From contig CAXXWT010000005.1 of assembly GCA_963674685.2 (NCBI GenBank), forward strand, positions 595,450-659,449: a DNA stretch of 64,000 nt, read 5' to 3'. Positions 18,387-28,045 of this stretch are shown here, piece by piece. Each line of letters begins with the position of its first letter. The stretch's first letter is position 1. Source of the stretch: a bacterium (GTDB lineage Bacteria > Lernaellota > Lernaellaia > JACKCT01). The notes beneath the pieces were generated by a model. That model made no database searches, was not told where the DNA came from, and was given only the letters and a program-made list of their open reading frames with translations. A program made the translations under genes and the position numbers.

Positions 18387-19535
18387 TCAGATGCATCTGG
18401 CCAAAATGTTGATGACATCCAGAACCTCGATGTTGTCGTCGACGCTTTGGAAGATGCGCTGCGCGTCGGGGCAGGCGACAGCCAGGGCCGTGGCGTCGCT
18501 TTCGTAAAATTCTTCGAGGCGGGCTTTGGCGATGGCCTTGGCAAGGTCCGGGTTCGTGATGGGAAGGCCGCCGCCCACGCCGCATGAATCGGCTTTTTCG
18601 CGATGGCGGGAAAACTCCACCGGCGCTTCGCGAAGCACGGCGCCGAGCATGGAGCGCGGCTCGTCGTAGACGCCGAGATAGCGCCCAAGGTAGTCGGCGT
18701 CGTGATACATCACGCGCTGCGGGAACTGTTTTCGCACGTCGAACTTCCCGGCCTTGACCATGGGCCACAGGAATTCGGATATGTGGAAAATCTTGGGCGG
18801 AACCTTGAGACCCATCTGATCGAACTCCACCTTCAGTTCGTACACCGCCGCCGGGCTTCCGGAAATGACCACCTTGCACCGGCCGATTTTATCCACGAGC
18901 TTTTTCGCGTTGGCTTCATATTCCTTGCGCAAACCCAATTCACGCAAAACGGAGCCGCAATCCATCGGCTCGCCGTCGTAACAGGCCACGTAGTCGACGT
19001 CCATGGCCTCGAAAAGCTTGAACGTGTCCTGAATCACGGAAGGATTGTTGTAGATGTGCCCGGCGCCGGGCAGATACACCACCTGCGCGTCTTTGTTGAA
19101 ATAATTGTCCGGCAAAAGGGTTCTGACGCGGGCGCCGAGGTTGTCGCCGAACGGATTATGATGCTGCTTCCAGAACTTGAGAAATTCGACGACCTCCCAC
19201 GGCTCTTTCTGCTCGCCGACCGCCATCTCACGGGCGGCGATCATCACCGGGGGAACTTCGATCAGGTGATCGCAATATTCCCGGCAAAGCAGGCATCCGG
19301 CGCACTGATACATGGTGTAGGCGATCTCCCGGTTGAAATCCAGAATGCCCTCGCGCACCATGTGCAGAAGCGTCATTCGGCCCCAGGGCGTATAGCTTTC
19401 CACGCCCGAGGCGTTGCCCACGGGGCAGGAGAATTTGCACATTTTCGGGCAGTAGGTGCAAAATTCGATTTCTCGAAAATATTTCTTGAACATAGTCGGT
19501 TCCGTTCTCGATATGGCGCGCTCCGGGGTTTTCAC
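18387..19535 (-). CDS. (Fe-S)-binding oxidoreductase subunit, GlcF/heterodisulfide-reductase-like (2x4Fe-4S plus CCG domains)
   Basis: Two ferredoxin-type Cys clusters are present (CTYCPKMCKFSCP, CAGCLLCREYC). Cysteine-rich CCG-type repeats lie in the C-terminal half. Confidence 0.75.
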   Translation of the reverse strand: MKTPERAISRTEPTMFKKYFREIEFCTYCPKMCKFSCPVGNASGVESYTPWGRMTLLHMVREGILDFNREIAYTMYQCAGCLLCREYCDHLIEVPPVMIAAREMAVGEQKEPWEVVEFLKFWKQHHNPFGDNLGARVRTLLPDNYFNKDAQVVYLPGAGHIYNNPSVIQDTFKLFEAMDVDYVACYDGEPMDCGSVLRELGLRKEYEANAKKLVDKIGRCKVVISGSPAAVYELKVEFDQMGLKVPPKIFHISEFLWPMVKAGKFDVRKQFPQRVMYHDADYLGRYLGVYDEPRSMLGAVLREAPVEFSRHREKADSCGVGGGLPITNPDLAKAIAKARLEEFYESDATALAVACPDAQRIFQSVDDNIEVLDVINILARCI

Positions 19536-19558
19536 GCGCCTTTCATGACCTTATCGTT

Positions 19559-20971
19559 TTACAATCCGAGCTTTCCCGGATTCAGGATTCTCTTCGGATC
19601 TATCTGAGCCTTGAAATCCTTTAACCATCCGTGCGTCGGTCCCAAATCCTGCGCGAAGGCCTCGGCGCTCTGCAGGCCCACGCCGCTGGTGTGCAAAAGC
19701 GCCCCTCCCCCGGCGGCCGCCGCCTTGCCGGCCCGCTGCCAGAGTTTGAGGAGCAATTGCTCATCCGATTCCTTGACCGCTTTGGTCGACGCCGTAAATG
19801 TCAACACCGCGCCGTGCGGCGTCGGGCGATTCAAAAACGTCGATAGTTCAAATCTCTTGCCCAGGGCTTTGACCATTTTGGCATACACCGCATTCACGCA
19901 ACTCCACGGGGCGCCCACTTCGATGGCGTCGTGAATGCCTCCGGGCTGCGAAAAGGCGGGACTGTTCCGAAAAACCCTGGAAAAGCGATGCTGCATCCTG
20001 TATTGGGACGGCTGTTCGCCACGGGATTCCCCGCCGCTCTCCTGAAAAATTCTCGCGGCGACTTCGCTTTCCATTTCGGCCCGCGATTTCTTTCCGTCGA
20101 ACACGGCCATGAGTAGATTCCCGCTCAAACGCAGTTTGGAATCGGCGAAAAATTTCGCGGTTTCCTCTTTGTCGAACAAATGCACCGTCGCCGGGCGCAA
20201 GCCTTTATGAAGGATTTTCCGAACGGCCTCGGCGCCGTCGGCGAATTTTTTAAATCGAAAAGCGACATGGAACTGCCTGGGGTAAAAAATGTGAATGCGC
20301 AGTTTGATCCGCGTCATAATCGCGATGGCGCCTTCGCTTCCCACAAGCAGCCGATTGAAGTCCGGTCCCGTCGCCGAACGGGGCGCCGTGCGCGTTTTTA
20401 CGATGGAGCCGTCGGGCAAAACCGCCTGCATGCTCACGACCATGTTCTCGATGCCGCCGTACTTGGTAAAAGCCTCGCCGGCGCTGCGCGTGGCGACCCA
20501 ACCGCCGAGGGTCGAGGCCTGGAAATTCCAAGGGAAATGCCCCAGCGTGAAGCCTTTGCGATTGAGTTCATGCTCCAGATGTTCGCCCAATATCCCCGCC
20601 TGCGCCGAGACGATCAGGGATTCGTCGTCGACGGACAAAACGCGGTTCATGAGTTTCATGTCGCATACGATGCCGCCCTCGATCGCCGCCACGGAACCGC
20701 GCCGGCTGGTCCCGGCGCCGTAAGGCAAAATCGGGATTCTCCACCGGTCCGCCACGCGCATCAGGCGACTGACTTCCTCGACGGCCACGGGCCGGACGAT
20801 AAAATCCGCCGCCGGCGGCGTTTTTCCGGCGCGGCGCTCGATGAGGGATTTCGGGGAAATGTCCTGCGCGTAGAGCAGAGTTTCCACGCTTGTATGCCGA
20901 ACGCGGTTCGCCCCGAATATTTCCTTGAGCCTGTGAAAAAGCTCCACGTTGCCTTTGAATCGGCTTGTCAT
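19559..20971 (-). CDS. FAD-binding oxidase family protein (GlcD/alkyl-DHAP-synthase-like, degenerate active-site loop)
   Basis: The FAD_binding_4 pattern is present (PILPYGAGTS, GILGEHLEHELNRKGFTLGHFP). The C-terminal loop reads LLHTSGVG instead of SHHHGIG. Confidence 0.75.
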   Translation of the reverse strand: MTSRFKGNVELFHRLKEIFGANRVRHTSVETLLYAQDISPKSLIERRAGKTPPAADFIVRPVAVEEVSRLMRVADRWRIPILPYGAGTSRRGSVAAIEGGIVCDMKLMNRVLSVDDESLIVSAQAGILGEHLEHELNRKGFTLGHFPWNFQASTLGGWVATRSAGEAFTKYGGIENMVVSMQAVLPDGSIVKTRTAPRSATGPDFNRLLVGSEGAIAIMTRIKLRIHIFYPRQFHVAFRFKKFADGAEAVRKILHKGLRPATVHLFDKEETAKFFADSKLRLSGNLLMAVFDGKKSRAEMESEVAARIFQESGGESRGEQPSQYRMQHRFSRVFRNSPAFSQPGGIHDAIEVGAPWSCVNAVYAKMVKALGKRFELSTFLNRPTPHGAVLTFTASTKAVKESDEQLLLKLWQRAGKAAAAGGGALLHTSGVGLQSAEAFAQDLGPTHGWLKDFKAQIDPKRILNPGKLGL

Positions 20972-20975
20972 TTCA

Positions 20976-22532
20976 TCAAAGTCCCAGTTTTCCCGGATTC
21001 ATCACGTTGTCCGGGTCTCCCGAATCCTTCACGGCCCTGAAAATGCTCATCAGATCGCCGTGCTGCTCCACCATGTAATCCGCCTTCGACAATCCGATCC
21101 CGTGATGGTGGCTGACGGTTCCGCCGACGCGCAACGTCGCCTCCATGGCCAGCCGCCAGATTTTACGATGCGCTTTTTCCGCTTCGACGGAATCCTTCGC
21201 TGACGACACGAACGTGAAATATATCGAGCAGCCGTCCTCGTAGGCGTGGGAGAAATGCGCCATGAGAAAGGCCCTGGGCCGTATGGCTTCACGAACCTCG
21301 TTGTACAAGGGCATGAGCTTTTTCCACGTGGAGGCGACCTCGATCGTGTCCACGAAAGCGCCGTTGTAGAAAACCTTGCTCATTTTGTAAGAGACATGAT
21401 AGCGGTTTTTGAACCACTTGAGCGCCGGGTCCGGCCCGCAGTTTCTCCCGCCCAGTTTTTCGCACAGGCGGACCGCCGCCTCGTATTCATAGTCGGCGAT
21501 CTCCTCGTCGCCTTCGAACATCAGGATGAGCAGGCATCCTTCCTTACCCAGTCTTTCCAGGAGATTGGCCGCCTCCGACCACCTGGCCACAAACCGCTGC
21601 GCCTTGTTGATAAAGCCCGGCGCCAGGGTGCGCAGGCGGGTCTCGATCTGCGTGAGGGGAATGAAGTCCGTCAGCCCCACGCCGGCGCTTTCCTCGGCGC
21701 CTTTGCTGCCCACCAGCATCGTGTCCAGCTCGTCGTAAAGCCTCATGGCGGCGGGACGCAGGCCGTTTTGCATGATCAGGCGCATGGCCTGCGTGCCGGC
21801 CGGAGCGTCCGGAAACTTGAACGCCACGTATTTCCGCGATTCGGGAAAGGGATGCATCCGGCACGTCAGTTTGGTGATGACGCCCAGGGTCCCCTCGCTG
21901 CCGATCAGCACCTGTTTCCAGTCCGGCCCCGAATCGTATCCCGACACCGGGCTGATCTGCGTGATCCGGCCGTCGGGCTGCACGAATTCGAATCCCATGA
22001 CGATATCTTCGATCTTGCCGTATTTGCTCGAAAGCTGCCCGGCGCTTCTCGCCGCCGCCCATCCACCCAGCGTCGAGCAGTAAATGCTGCTGGGGAAGTG
22101 GCCCAGCGTATAGCCGCGGCGGTTCAGTTCCATCTCGAAGGTCTGCCCCATGATCCCGGCCTGCGCGGTAACGGTCAGATCATCGGCGGAAACATCGAGG
22201 ATGCGATTCATCTTTTTAAGATCGAGCGAGATCCCACCGTGGATCGGCAGCGCTCCCCCGCACACGCCGGATCCGGCGCCGAACGGGATGACCGGAATGC
22301 GAAGTTTCCGGGCCAGTTTGATGATCTGGGAAATCTGCTCGGCATTTTCCGGCCAAACCACCACATCCGCGAAATATTTGGGCCGGCCTTCGGCGTGGTG
22401 CATGAGACTGACGGGGAACATGTCCCGGCTGTTCATAAGGCGGTTGACCATCGAGGCGGACACGTTGTCTTCGCCAACGATGCCGATCAATTCCTGGATC
22501 GTTTCCGGCGCCGCCGGAGCGGGGATTTTCAA
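20976..22532 (-). CDS. FAD-binding oxidoreductase of the alkyl-dihydroxyacetone-phosphate-synthase-like branch
   Basis: The FAD_binding_4 pattern is present (VIPFGAGSGVCGGA, GIMGQTFEMELNRRGYTLGHFPSS). It also has HFSHAYEDGCSIYFTF and SHHHGIG (21093-21113). Confidence 0.8.
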   Translation of the reverse strand: MKIPAPAAPETIQELIGIVGEDNVSASMVNRLMNSRDMFPVSLMHHAEGRPKYFADVVVWPENAEQISQIIKLARKLRIPVIPFGAGSGVCGGALPIHGGISLDLKKMNRILDVSADDLTVTAQAGIMGQTFEMELNRRGYTLGHFPSSIYCSTLGGWAAARSAGQLSSKYGKIEDIVMGFEFVQPDGRITQISPVSGYDSGPDWKQVLIGSEGTLGVITKLTCRMHPFPESRKYVAFKFPDAPAGTQAMRLIMQNGLRPAAMRLYDELDTMLVGSKGAEESAGVGLTDFIPLTQIETRLRTLAPGFINKAQRFVARWSEAANLLERLGKEGCLLILMFEGDEEIADYEYEAAVRLCEKLGGRNCGPDPALKWFKNRYHVSYKMSKVFYNGAFVDTIEVASTWKKLMPLYNEVREAIRPRAFLMAHFSHAYEDGCSIYFTFVSSAKDSVEAEKAHRKIWRLAMEATLRVGGTVSHHHGIGLSKADYMVEQHGDLMSIFRAVKDSGDPDNVMNPGKLGL

Positions 22533-22662
22533 GGCCGTATGCTCCCGGGTTGTTTATGAAAACGCCATGCAATAAAAAGTCTAGGAGTCCTTGCCGCATC
22601 GTGTCAAGTTAATGGAGCTTTCGGAAAGCCTTCAAATATCCGGCGAGGGTGCGCGGTTTTGC

Positions 22663-23202
22663 CTACCGGCCGGCGCCGGCCTGCAGCCACGCGACGAAGA
22701 CGTCGATGGAATCGCGGATCATATCGAAGGAATTATGAAAATCTTCCAGAGAACCTCCGATGGGATCCGGAATGGTCGCGCCGAAATCCCGAGGATAAAA
22801 CTCGCCTAATAGGTGCGTTTTTTCCTTTGCGGCGGGGAAGGATTCGGCGACGTAATCGCTGTGCTGGGGCTCCATGGTTAAAACGATGTCCGCGTAACCC
22901 ACGGGGAGGTGGTCGATTCCGTAAGAAGAGTGATTGCGCAAGTCCAGCCCCGCGTCCATGGCCGTGGCGATCGCCTTGGGATCGGCGGGTTCGCCGGTAA
23001 TATTCAAGGTTCCGGCGGAATAGACCTTGACTCCCTGAATGCCCTTTTCTTCGAGCTTGTGGATCAGATAAACTTCGCCCATGGGACTTCTGCAAATATT
23101 GCCGGAGCAAACGACGAGAATGATCTTCACGCTTTTTGGCGCAGGCCCGAGGCGCATGCGGACCGATGAAACGGCGCTTTCGAGTTTTTCCGGTTCCAAC
23201 AT
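22663..23202 (-). CDS. low-molecular-weight protein-tyrosine phosphatase (Wzb-like)
   Basis: The CX5R(S) P-loop reads VVCSGNICRSPMGE, and the DP loop (IPDPIG) is present. The start could instead be the internal ATG at 23157. Confidence 0.85.
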   Translation of the reverse strand: MLEPEKLESAVSSVRMRLGPAPKSVKIILVVCSGNICRSPMGEVYLIHKLEEKGIQGVKVYSAGTLNITGEPADPKAIATAMDAGLDLRNHSSYGIDHLPVGYADIVLTMEPQHSDYVAESFPAAKEKTHLLGEFYPRDFGATIPDPIGGSLEDFHNSFDMIRDSIDVFVAWLQAGAGR

Positions 23203-23336
23203 ATTAATACCCTCCCGGGATTCAATTCAACCTTAACGGCCGAGGGAAATACCGCAGTTGAATTCAATCCATTAACTTCATCAAATAGGTTAAAGCGAGC
23301 GTCATATATCATAAGCCCGTCGCCGGGCGGGAAACT

Positions 23337-24254
23337 TCAATTCACCGGGGATTTGCTTTCCCCGGATGAGTCTTTCATATGCGTTTCAGGATAAATATCC
23401 TCGTAAACGGGAAACTTCGTGCGCGGCTCGAAACTTCCCCACTTAAACCAATACCGGAAAAAAGAAACGATATGACGAAATGTTTGTCTCCAGGATCTGT
23501 ATGACTCGCGGCCCCATTCATGCGTTACGACCATCCAGGGCACGTAATGCACTTCCCCGAGATTCCATAGGCGGCGGGCCAGGTCGATATCCTCCATGTA
23601 CATGAAGAACCTGGGATCGAACAGGGATTCGCCGTTGATGGAGGATCGGCGGACAATCTGGAATGAGCCGGTGCCGCAGGGAACTTTGAAAACACGGTTG
23701 AAATCGTAATTTCTCAGTTCGTATCGGGCGAGTCTTTTCTCCATTTCCACGCTGTCGGGCAGCAGATTGATATTGAAACGGCGCCTCAGGAGCGTGGAAA
23801 ACGTCGGGAAATCCCTGTTGATGTACTGGCGCGAGTTTTCCGGGTTGTCGTGCCGGACATCGCCCACGACGGAAACGACATGGGGATTATCCTCGAAATA
23901 TCGATCCACGCGATCCAGATCCACAGCGTTGAAAGTGATATCCGGATTCAGGATGACAAAGTATTTCGATTCGACGGCGTTGAAACCGGCGTTGTTTCCT
24001 TTGCCGAATCCCACGTTTCCCTGCCTGATGACCGTCGCTTCCGGAGCGATTTCTTCGATGAAATCCGCCGTGCCGTCCACCGACCCGTTATCCACGACCA
24101 CCAGCGCGTCACGCGGCCCCATGGCGGATTGCGCCGCCCGAACCGTCGGCTCTATACGTTTTTTTGAATTATAAGTGACGATGCAAAAGACGAATCGCTT
24201 TTTGTCACTGTCGACTGACCCCAACCCTGATTTCATATCGGATTCCAATTTCAT
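23337..24254 (-). CDS. family 2 glycosyltransferase (rhamnosyltransferase-like)
   Basis: Motifs are FCIVTYNS, VVVDNGSVDGT, GFGKGNNAG, ILNPDI and YMEDIDLARR. Confidence 0.8.
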   Translation of the reverse strand: MKLESDMKSGLGSVDSDKKRFVFCIVTYNSKKRIEPTVRAAQSAMGPRDALVVVDNGSVDGTADFIEEIAPEATVIRQGNVGFGKGNNAGFNAVESKYFVILNPDITFNAVDLDRVDRYFEDNPHVVSVVGDVRHDNPENSRQYINRDFPTFSTLLRRRFNINLLPDSVEMEKRLARYELRNYDFNRVFKVPCGTGSFQIVRRSSINGESLFDPRFFMYMEDIDLARRLWNLGEVHYVPWMVVTHEWGRESYRSWRQTFRHIVSFFRYWFKWGSFEPRTKFPVYEDIYPETHMKDSSGESKSPVN

Positions 24255-24325
24255 TTTTCAATTCGATATCGGCCAATGGCCAATTATGTATAAGATCACG
24301 GGCCTTGTCGACCCATTAAGACAAA

Positions 24326-25384
24326 TTACCGATTGTAGTTGACTTCGATCCACCGGCGATATTCGCCGCTTTGAACCGCCTTGATCCACTGCGCGTTGCT
24401 GAAATACCAGTCAACGGTCCTGGCCAGGCCGTCGGAGAATTCCACCGACCGCCGCCAGCCGAGTTCGGACTTGATTCTGTCGCAATTGATGGCGTAGCGG
24501 CGATCATGGCCCGGGCGATCCTTTACATGTTGAATCAGGTTTTTGTACTGCCCGGCGGATCGGCCGGTTTTTTGAGCCACGAGTTCACAAAGATGATTCA
24601 CCAGGCGGATATTTTCCCACTCGTTTTCGCCGCCGATGTTATAAGTGCGTCCCGGCTCGCCTTTTTCAAGAATCGCCATGACGGCCGAGTTATGATCGTC
24701 CACAAACAGCCAGTCCCTTACATATTTCCCGTCCCCGTAAACGGGCAAAGCCTTGCCGTCGACCATGTTGAGAATCATAAGCGGCAGCAGCTTTTCCGGG
24801 AACTGATACGGGCCGTAGTTGTTGGAGCAGTTGGAAATCGTGACCGGCAATCCGTACGTGTGGAAATATGCCCTGACGAGGTGATCGGAAGACGCTTTCG
24901 AGGCCGAATATGGGCTTCTGGGATCATAAGGCGTCGTCTCGAAAAAAAATCCCGTTTCTCCCAGACTGCCGTATACCTCATCGGTCGAAACATGGTGAAA
25001 ACGCACATCCCGCCTGTCGCCCCACGCATTTTTGGCCGCTTCGAGCAATATGTGCGTCCCGACGATATTGGTCTGGATAAACGCATCGGGGCCGAGAATC
25101 GATCTGTCCACATGGGACTCGGCGGCGAAATGGACCACGGCGTCGATCGGATATCGCGCAAACAGGGCTTTTACGGCCTCTTTGTCGCGGATGTCGACGC
25201 GCTCGAAATGGTATCTCGATCCTTCATACTTTTCGGCGATATCCGCCAGGCTCATCAGATTCCCGGCGTAAGTCAGGCAGTCCGCGTTGATGACGGAGCC
25301 TTCGAAATCCGTTTGCTCGAAGATATAACGTATGAAGTTGCTGCCGATAAAACCGGCTCCTCCGGTCACCATGATGTTTTTCAT
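24326..25384 (-). CDS. rfbB: dTDP-glucose 4,6-dehydratase
   Basis: Motifs are MVTGGAGFIGSNF, HFAAESHVDRS, YSASKASSDHL and VKDRPGHDRRYAI. Confidence 0.9.
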   Translation of the reverse strand: MKNIMVTGGAGFIGSNFIRYIFEQTDFEGSVINADCLTYAGNLMSLADIAEKYEGSRYHFERVDIRDKEAVKALFARYPIDAVVHFAAESHVDRSILGPDAFIQTNIVGTHILLEAAKNAWGDRRDVRFHHVSTDEVYGSLGETGFFFETTPYDPRSPYSASKASSDHLVRAYFHTYGLPVTISNCSNNYGPYQFPEKLLPLMILNMVDGKALPVYGDGKYVRDWLFVDDHNSAVMAILEKGEPGRTYNIGGENEWENIRLVNHLCELVAQKTGRSAGQYKNLIQHVKDRPGHDRRYAINCDRIKSELGWRRSVEFSDGLARTVDWYFSNAQWIKAVQSGEYRRWIEVNYNR

Positions 25385-25406
25385 GGGCTTTTCCCGTCCT
25401 CAATCC

Positions 25407-26273
25407 TTATTGGGTTCGCCTGGCCTCGAGGCTTTTCAATCTCGCGGCGAAACGCGAAATCTCATCTTGCCAGCCAGGCATCGCGCGGCCGATATCTTTG
25501 ACGAATTTATCGCAGGACATGGCCGAATATCCCGGCCTTTGCGCCGCGAATACGAAACTGGCCATCGTATCGGGCAAAATTTCGACGTCGATATTCATCT
25601 CGGACAAAAAATGCTTCGCCAATTCAAATCTCGAGCAATGGCCGCCCGACGTTAAATGATACAACCCACGCAGTCCCTTCCTCAACGCCTCCAGCGTGCA
25701 ATCGACGATCGTATCCGTATACGTGGGCACGGATATTTCATCCGACACAATTTTCAGCGTGGTATTGGTTTTGGCCCATTGCCGAACCTTGTAGAGGAAA
25801 TTCTGCTTTCCGAGACCGAAAACCCAGCTCACGCGGAAAATCAGGAAATCGTCGCATTCTTCGCGCACAAAACGCTCGCCTTCCAGCTTGGTTTTTCCGT
25901 AATTGTTAAGCGGCGAAGGCTCGTCGGTCTCGACGTACGGAGCTTTCTTTTTCCCGTCGAATATATAGTCCGTTCCGTAATGAACGAAAGGGATGTTCGC
26001 CCTTTTCGCCTCGGCGGCCATATTGCGCACTCCCAGGGCGTTGACCAGGCGGGCGGTTTCATACTCCTTCTCGGCGGCGTCGACGAGGTTGTAAGCGGCG
26101 CAGTTGATCAGGACGTCGGGTTGCGTCAGGTCGATTTGGCGGCAAACCGATTCCCGGTCCCCGATATTGAAATCCTTTTCGTCGGGGGCGATGACGATAT
26201 GCTCCGAGCCTTCGAGTTTCGTTGCGTACTCACGGCCCAGTTGCCCGGCCGATCCGGCGATCAGGATTTTCAC
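25407..26273 (-). CDS. rfbD: dTDP-4-dehydrorhamnose reductase
   Basis: Motifs are MKILIAGSAGQLG, INCAAY, YGKTKLEGE and VPTYT. It overlaps rfbC by 4 nt. Confidence 0.85.
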   Translation of the reverse strand: MKILIAGSAGQLGREYATKLEGSEHIVIAPDEKDFNIGDRESVCRQIDLTQPDVLINCAAYNLVDAAEKEYETARLVNALGVRNMAAEAKRANIPFVHYGTDYIFDGKKKAPYVETDEPSPLNNYGKTKLEGERFVREECDDFLIFRVSWVFGLGKQNFLYKVRQWAKTNTTLKIVSDEISVPTYTDTIVDCTLEALRKGLRGLYHLTSGGHCSRFELAKHFLSEMNIDVEILPDTMASFVFAAQRPGYSAMSCDKFVKDIGRAMPGWQDEISRFAARLKSLEARRTQ

Positions 26274-26839
26274 GAACCTTCCCCTTCATAAGTATAATCT
26301 TCGCCCGCTTCCGATAATCTGGGGTGTTTTGTATCGACGTCCGACAGGATCGGATTTTTATCCGGCCACGCGATGCCGATATCCGGATCATTCCAGATAA
26401 TGCCGCACTCATTTTCCCGCGAATACTCCGCGGTCACCTTGTAAAAAACATCCGCCGTATCGCTCAAGACATAAAACCCATGGGCGAAGCCCCGCGGAAT
26501 CCACAACATTTTATGATTTGAATCGGACAGTTCCAATCCCTCCCACTGCCCGAAGGTCGGCGAACCCCGCCGGATATCCACGGCGACGTCGAAAATTCTC
26601 CCGGTGACGCACCCTATGAGTTTCCCCTGGCCGCAGGGAGGTTTCTGATAGTGGAGTCCGCGAAGAACCCCTTTTGAGGAATTGGAATGATTGTCCTGCA
26701 CGAAGCTTTCACGAATTCCGCCGTCGTGAAACTCGGACTGCTTGCAAAACTCCAGAAAAAAACCTCTTTCATCGGGAAAAACACGTGGAGTGACGATGAT
26801 AAGGCCGGGTAAACGCGCGGATTCAAATTCAAAGGGCAT
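26270..26839 (-). CDS. rfbC: dTDP-4-dehydrorhamnose 3,5-epimerase
   Basis: Motifs are DERGFFLE, VLRGLHYQ, GKLIGCVTGRIFDVAVDIRRGSPTFGQW, and GFAHGF followed by Y. Confidence 0.9.
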   Translation of the reverse strand: MPFEFESARLPGLIIVTPRVFPDERGFFLEFCKQSEFHDGGIRESFVQDNHSNSSKGVLRGLHYQKPPCGQGKLIGCVTGRIFDVAVDIRRGSPTFGQWEGLELSDSNHKMLWIPRGFAHGFYVLSDTADVFYKVTAEYSRENECGIIWNDPDIGIAWPDKNPILSDVDTKHPRLSEAGEDYTYEGEGS

Positions 26840-26853
26840 GCATTACTCCAGAA

Positions 26854-27726
26854 CTATTCGCCGGAGATCTGAATGAGGTAGCGGCCGTAATCATTGTTAT
26901 AATTGCGGCCCAATTCGGCGAGAGCCTCACGGGTGATAAAACCCATGCGAAAAGCGGTTTCTTCGATGCACCCGATTTTCAGACCCTGCCGCCTTTCAAT
27001 CGTGGAGATAAACACACCGGCATCCAGAAGACTGGCGTGCGTTCCCGTATCCAGCCAGGCGAATCCACGGCCTAAAAGCTCGACGTTCAGTCGATCCCGG
27101 CTGAGGTACATTTTATTGACATCGGTAATTTCCAGCTCGCCGCGCGCCGAAGGCTCAATGCTTTCCGCGAAACCGACGACGTCGTTGTCGTAAAAATACA
27201 GACCCGTTACCGCGAAATTGGACTTGGGCTTCGCCGGTTTTTCCTCGATATCGAGCACCCGGCCGTTGTCATCGAAGGAAACGACGCCGTATCGCTGCGG
27301 CTTGTCCACGTAATATCCGAAAACCGTCGCCAGCTTCTCGGCCTGCGCTCTCATAAGAGACCGGCCCAGGATATTTGACAAGCCGTGGCCGAAAAAGACG
27401 TTGTCTCCCAAAATCAAAGCCACGCTGTCATCGCCGATGAACTCCTTGCCGACGATAAAGGCTTCCGCAATGCCTTTCGGCTCGGGCTGGACTTTATAAG
27501 AAAGATTGATGCCGAGATTGGCGCCGTTTCCGAGAATTCGCTCGAAATTTGGCAGATCCTGCGGTGTGGAGATGATCAGAATATCCCGAATTCCCGCAAG
27601 AATCAGCACCGACAGCGGATAATAGATCATCGGCTTGTCGTATATCGGCAAAAGCTGTTTGGAAACGCCTATCGTGATCGGGTACAGCCTGGTGCCGCTG
27701 CCCCCGGCCAGAACGATCCCCTTCAT
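26854..27726 (-). CDS. rfbA: glucose-1-phosphate thymidylyltransferase
   Basis: [18 protein letters not shown]...[17 protein letters not shown]. The tracked ORF (to 27780) was trimmed to the canonical MKGI start at 27726. Confidence 0.9.
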   Translation of the reverse strand: MKGIVLAGGSGTRLYPITIGVSKQLLPIYDKPMIYYPLSVLILAGIRDILIISTPQDLPNFERILGNGANLGINLSYKVQPEPKGIAEAFIVGKEFIGDDSVALILGDNVFFGHGLSNILGRSLMRAQAEKLATVFGYYVDKPQRYGVVSFDDNGRVLDIEEKPAKPKSNFAVTGLYFYDNDVVGFAESIEPSARGELEITDVNKMYLSRDRLNVELLGRGFAWLDTGTHASLLDAGVFISTIERRQGLKIGCIEETAFRMGFITREALAELGRNYNNDYGRYLIQISGE

Positions 27727-28045
27727 TGCAATCCTCCAAAATCTAAAATATATGCCGCGAAAACGATACGGCGGCAACAAGTGACGATTCCAGAATGTAA
27801 ACCCTTAACGCGCCGCAAACTCTTAACAATTTTGACTTTGAGTGTCAACAACGGAAAGACATATTAGCCCCACCTCCGGGATTAAGAAAGCATTCATCAT
27901 CCCCGTAAATGATTTCCAAACAGTGTCAGCATAACCAGTTGATATCATTAAATATTCAAGCAGACTGACGCCGGCGGGCGCAAAATGAATCCGAACTCAT
28001 TGAAAGAAAATATCGGGCTGGGAAAGGGAAATTTGCAGCCGCGTT

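Noticed and set aside
23219-23270. Inverted repeat ggattcaattcaac / gttgaattcaatcc between the GT2 and LMW-PTP genes, considered as a terminator or operator.
   Set aside because: It is a single imperfect hairpin with a long loop and no U-run on the transcribed strand. There is too little evidence to call a function.
24371-25501. Long ORFs antisense to well-supported genes. Examples are 24371-25501 (+) opposite rfbB, 21246-22559 (+) and 20180-21040 (+) opposite the FAD oxidases, 18603-19607 (+) opposite the Fe-S gene, 12881-14038 (-) opposite the permease and receiver, 8288-9229 (+) opposite the cyclase, and 41887-42462 and 43470-44093 (+) opposite his genes.
   Set aside because: These are shadow ORFs typical of GC-rich coding DNA. 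Their translations are Arg/Gly/His/Pro-rich with no motifs, and the opposite strand carries unmistakable conserved proteins.
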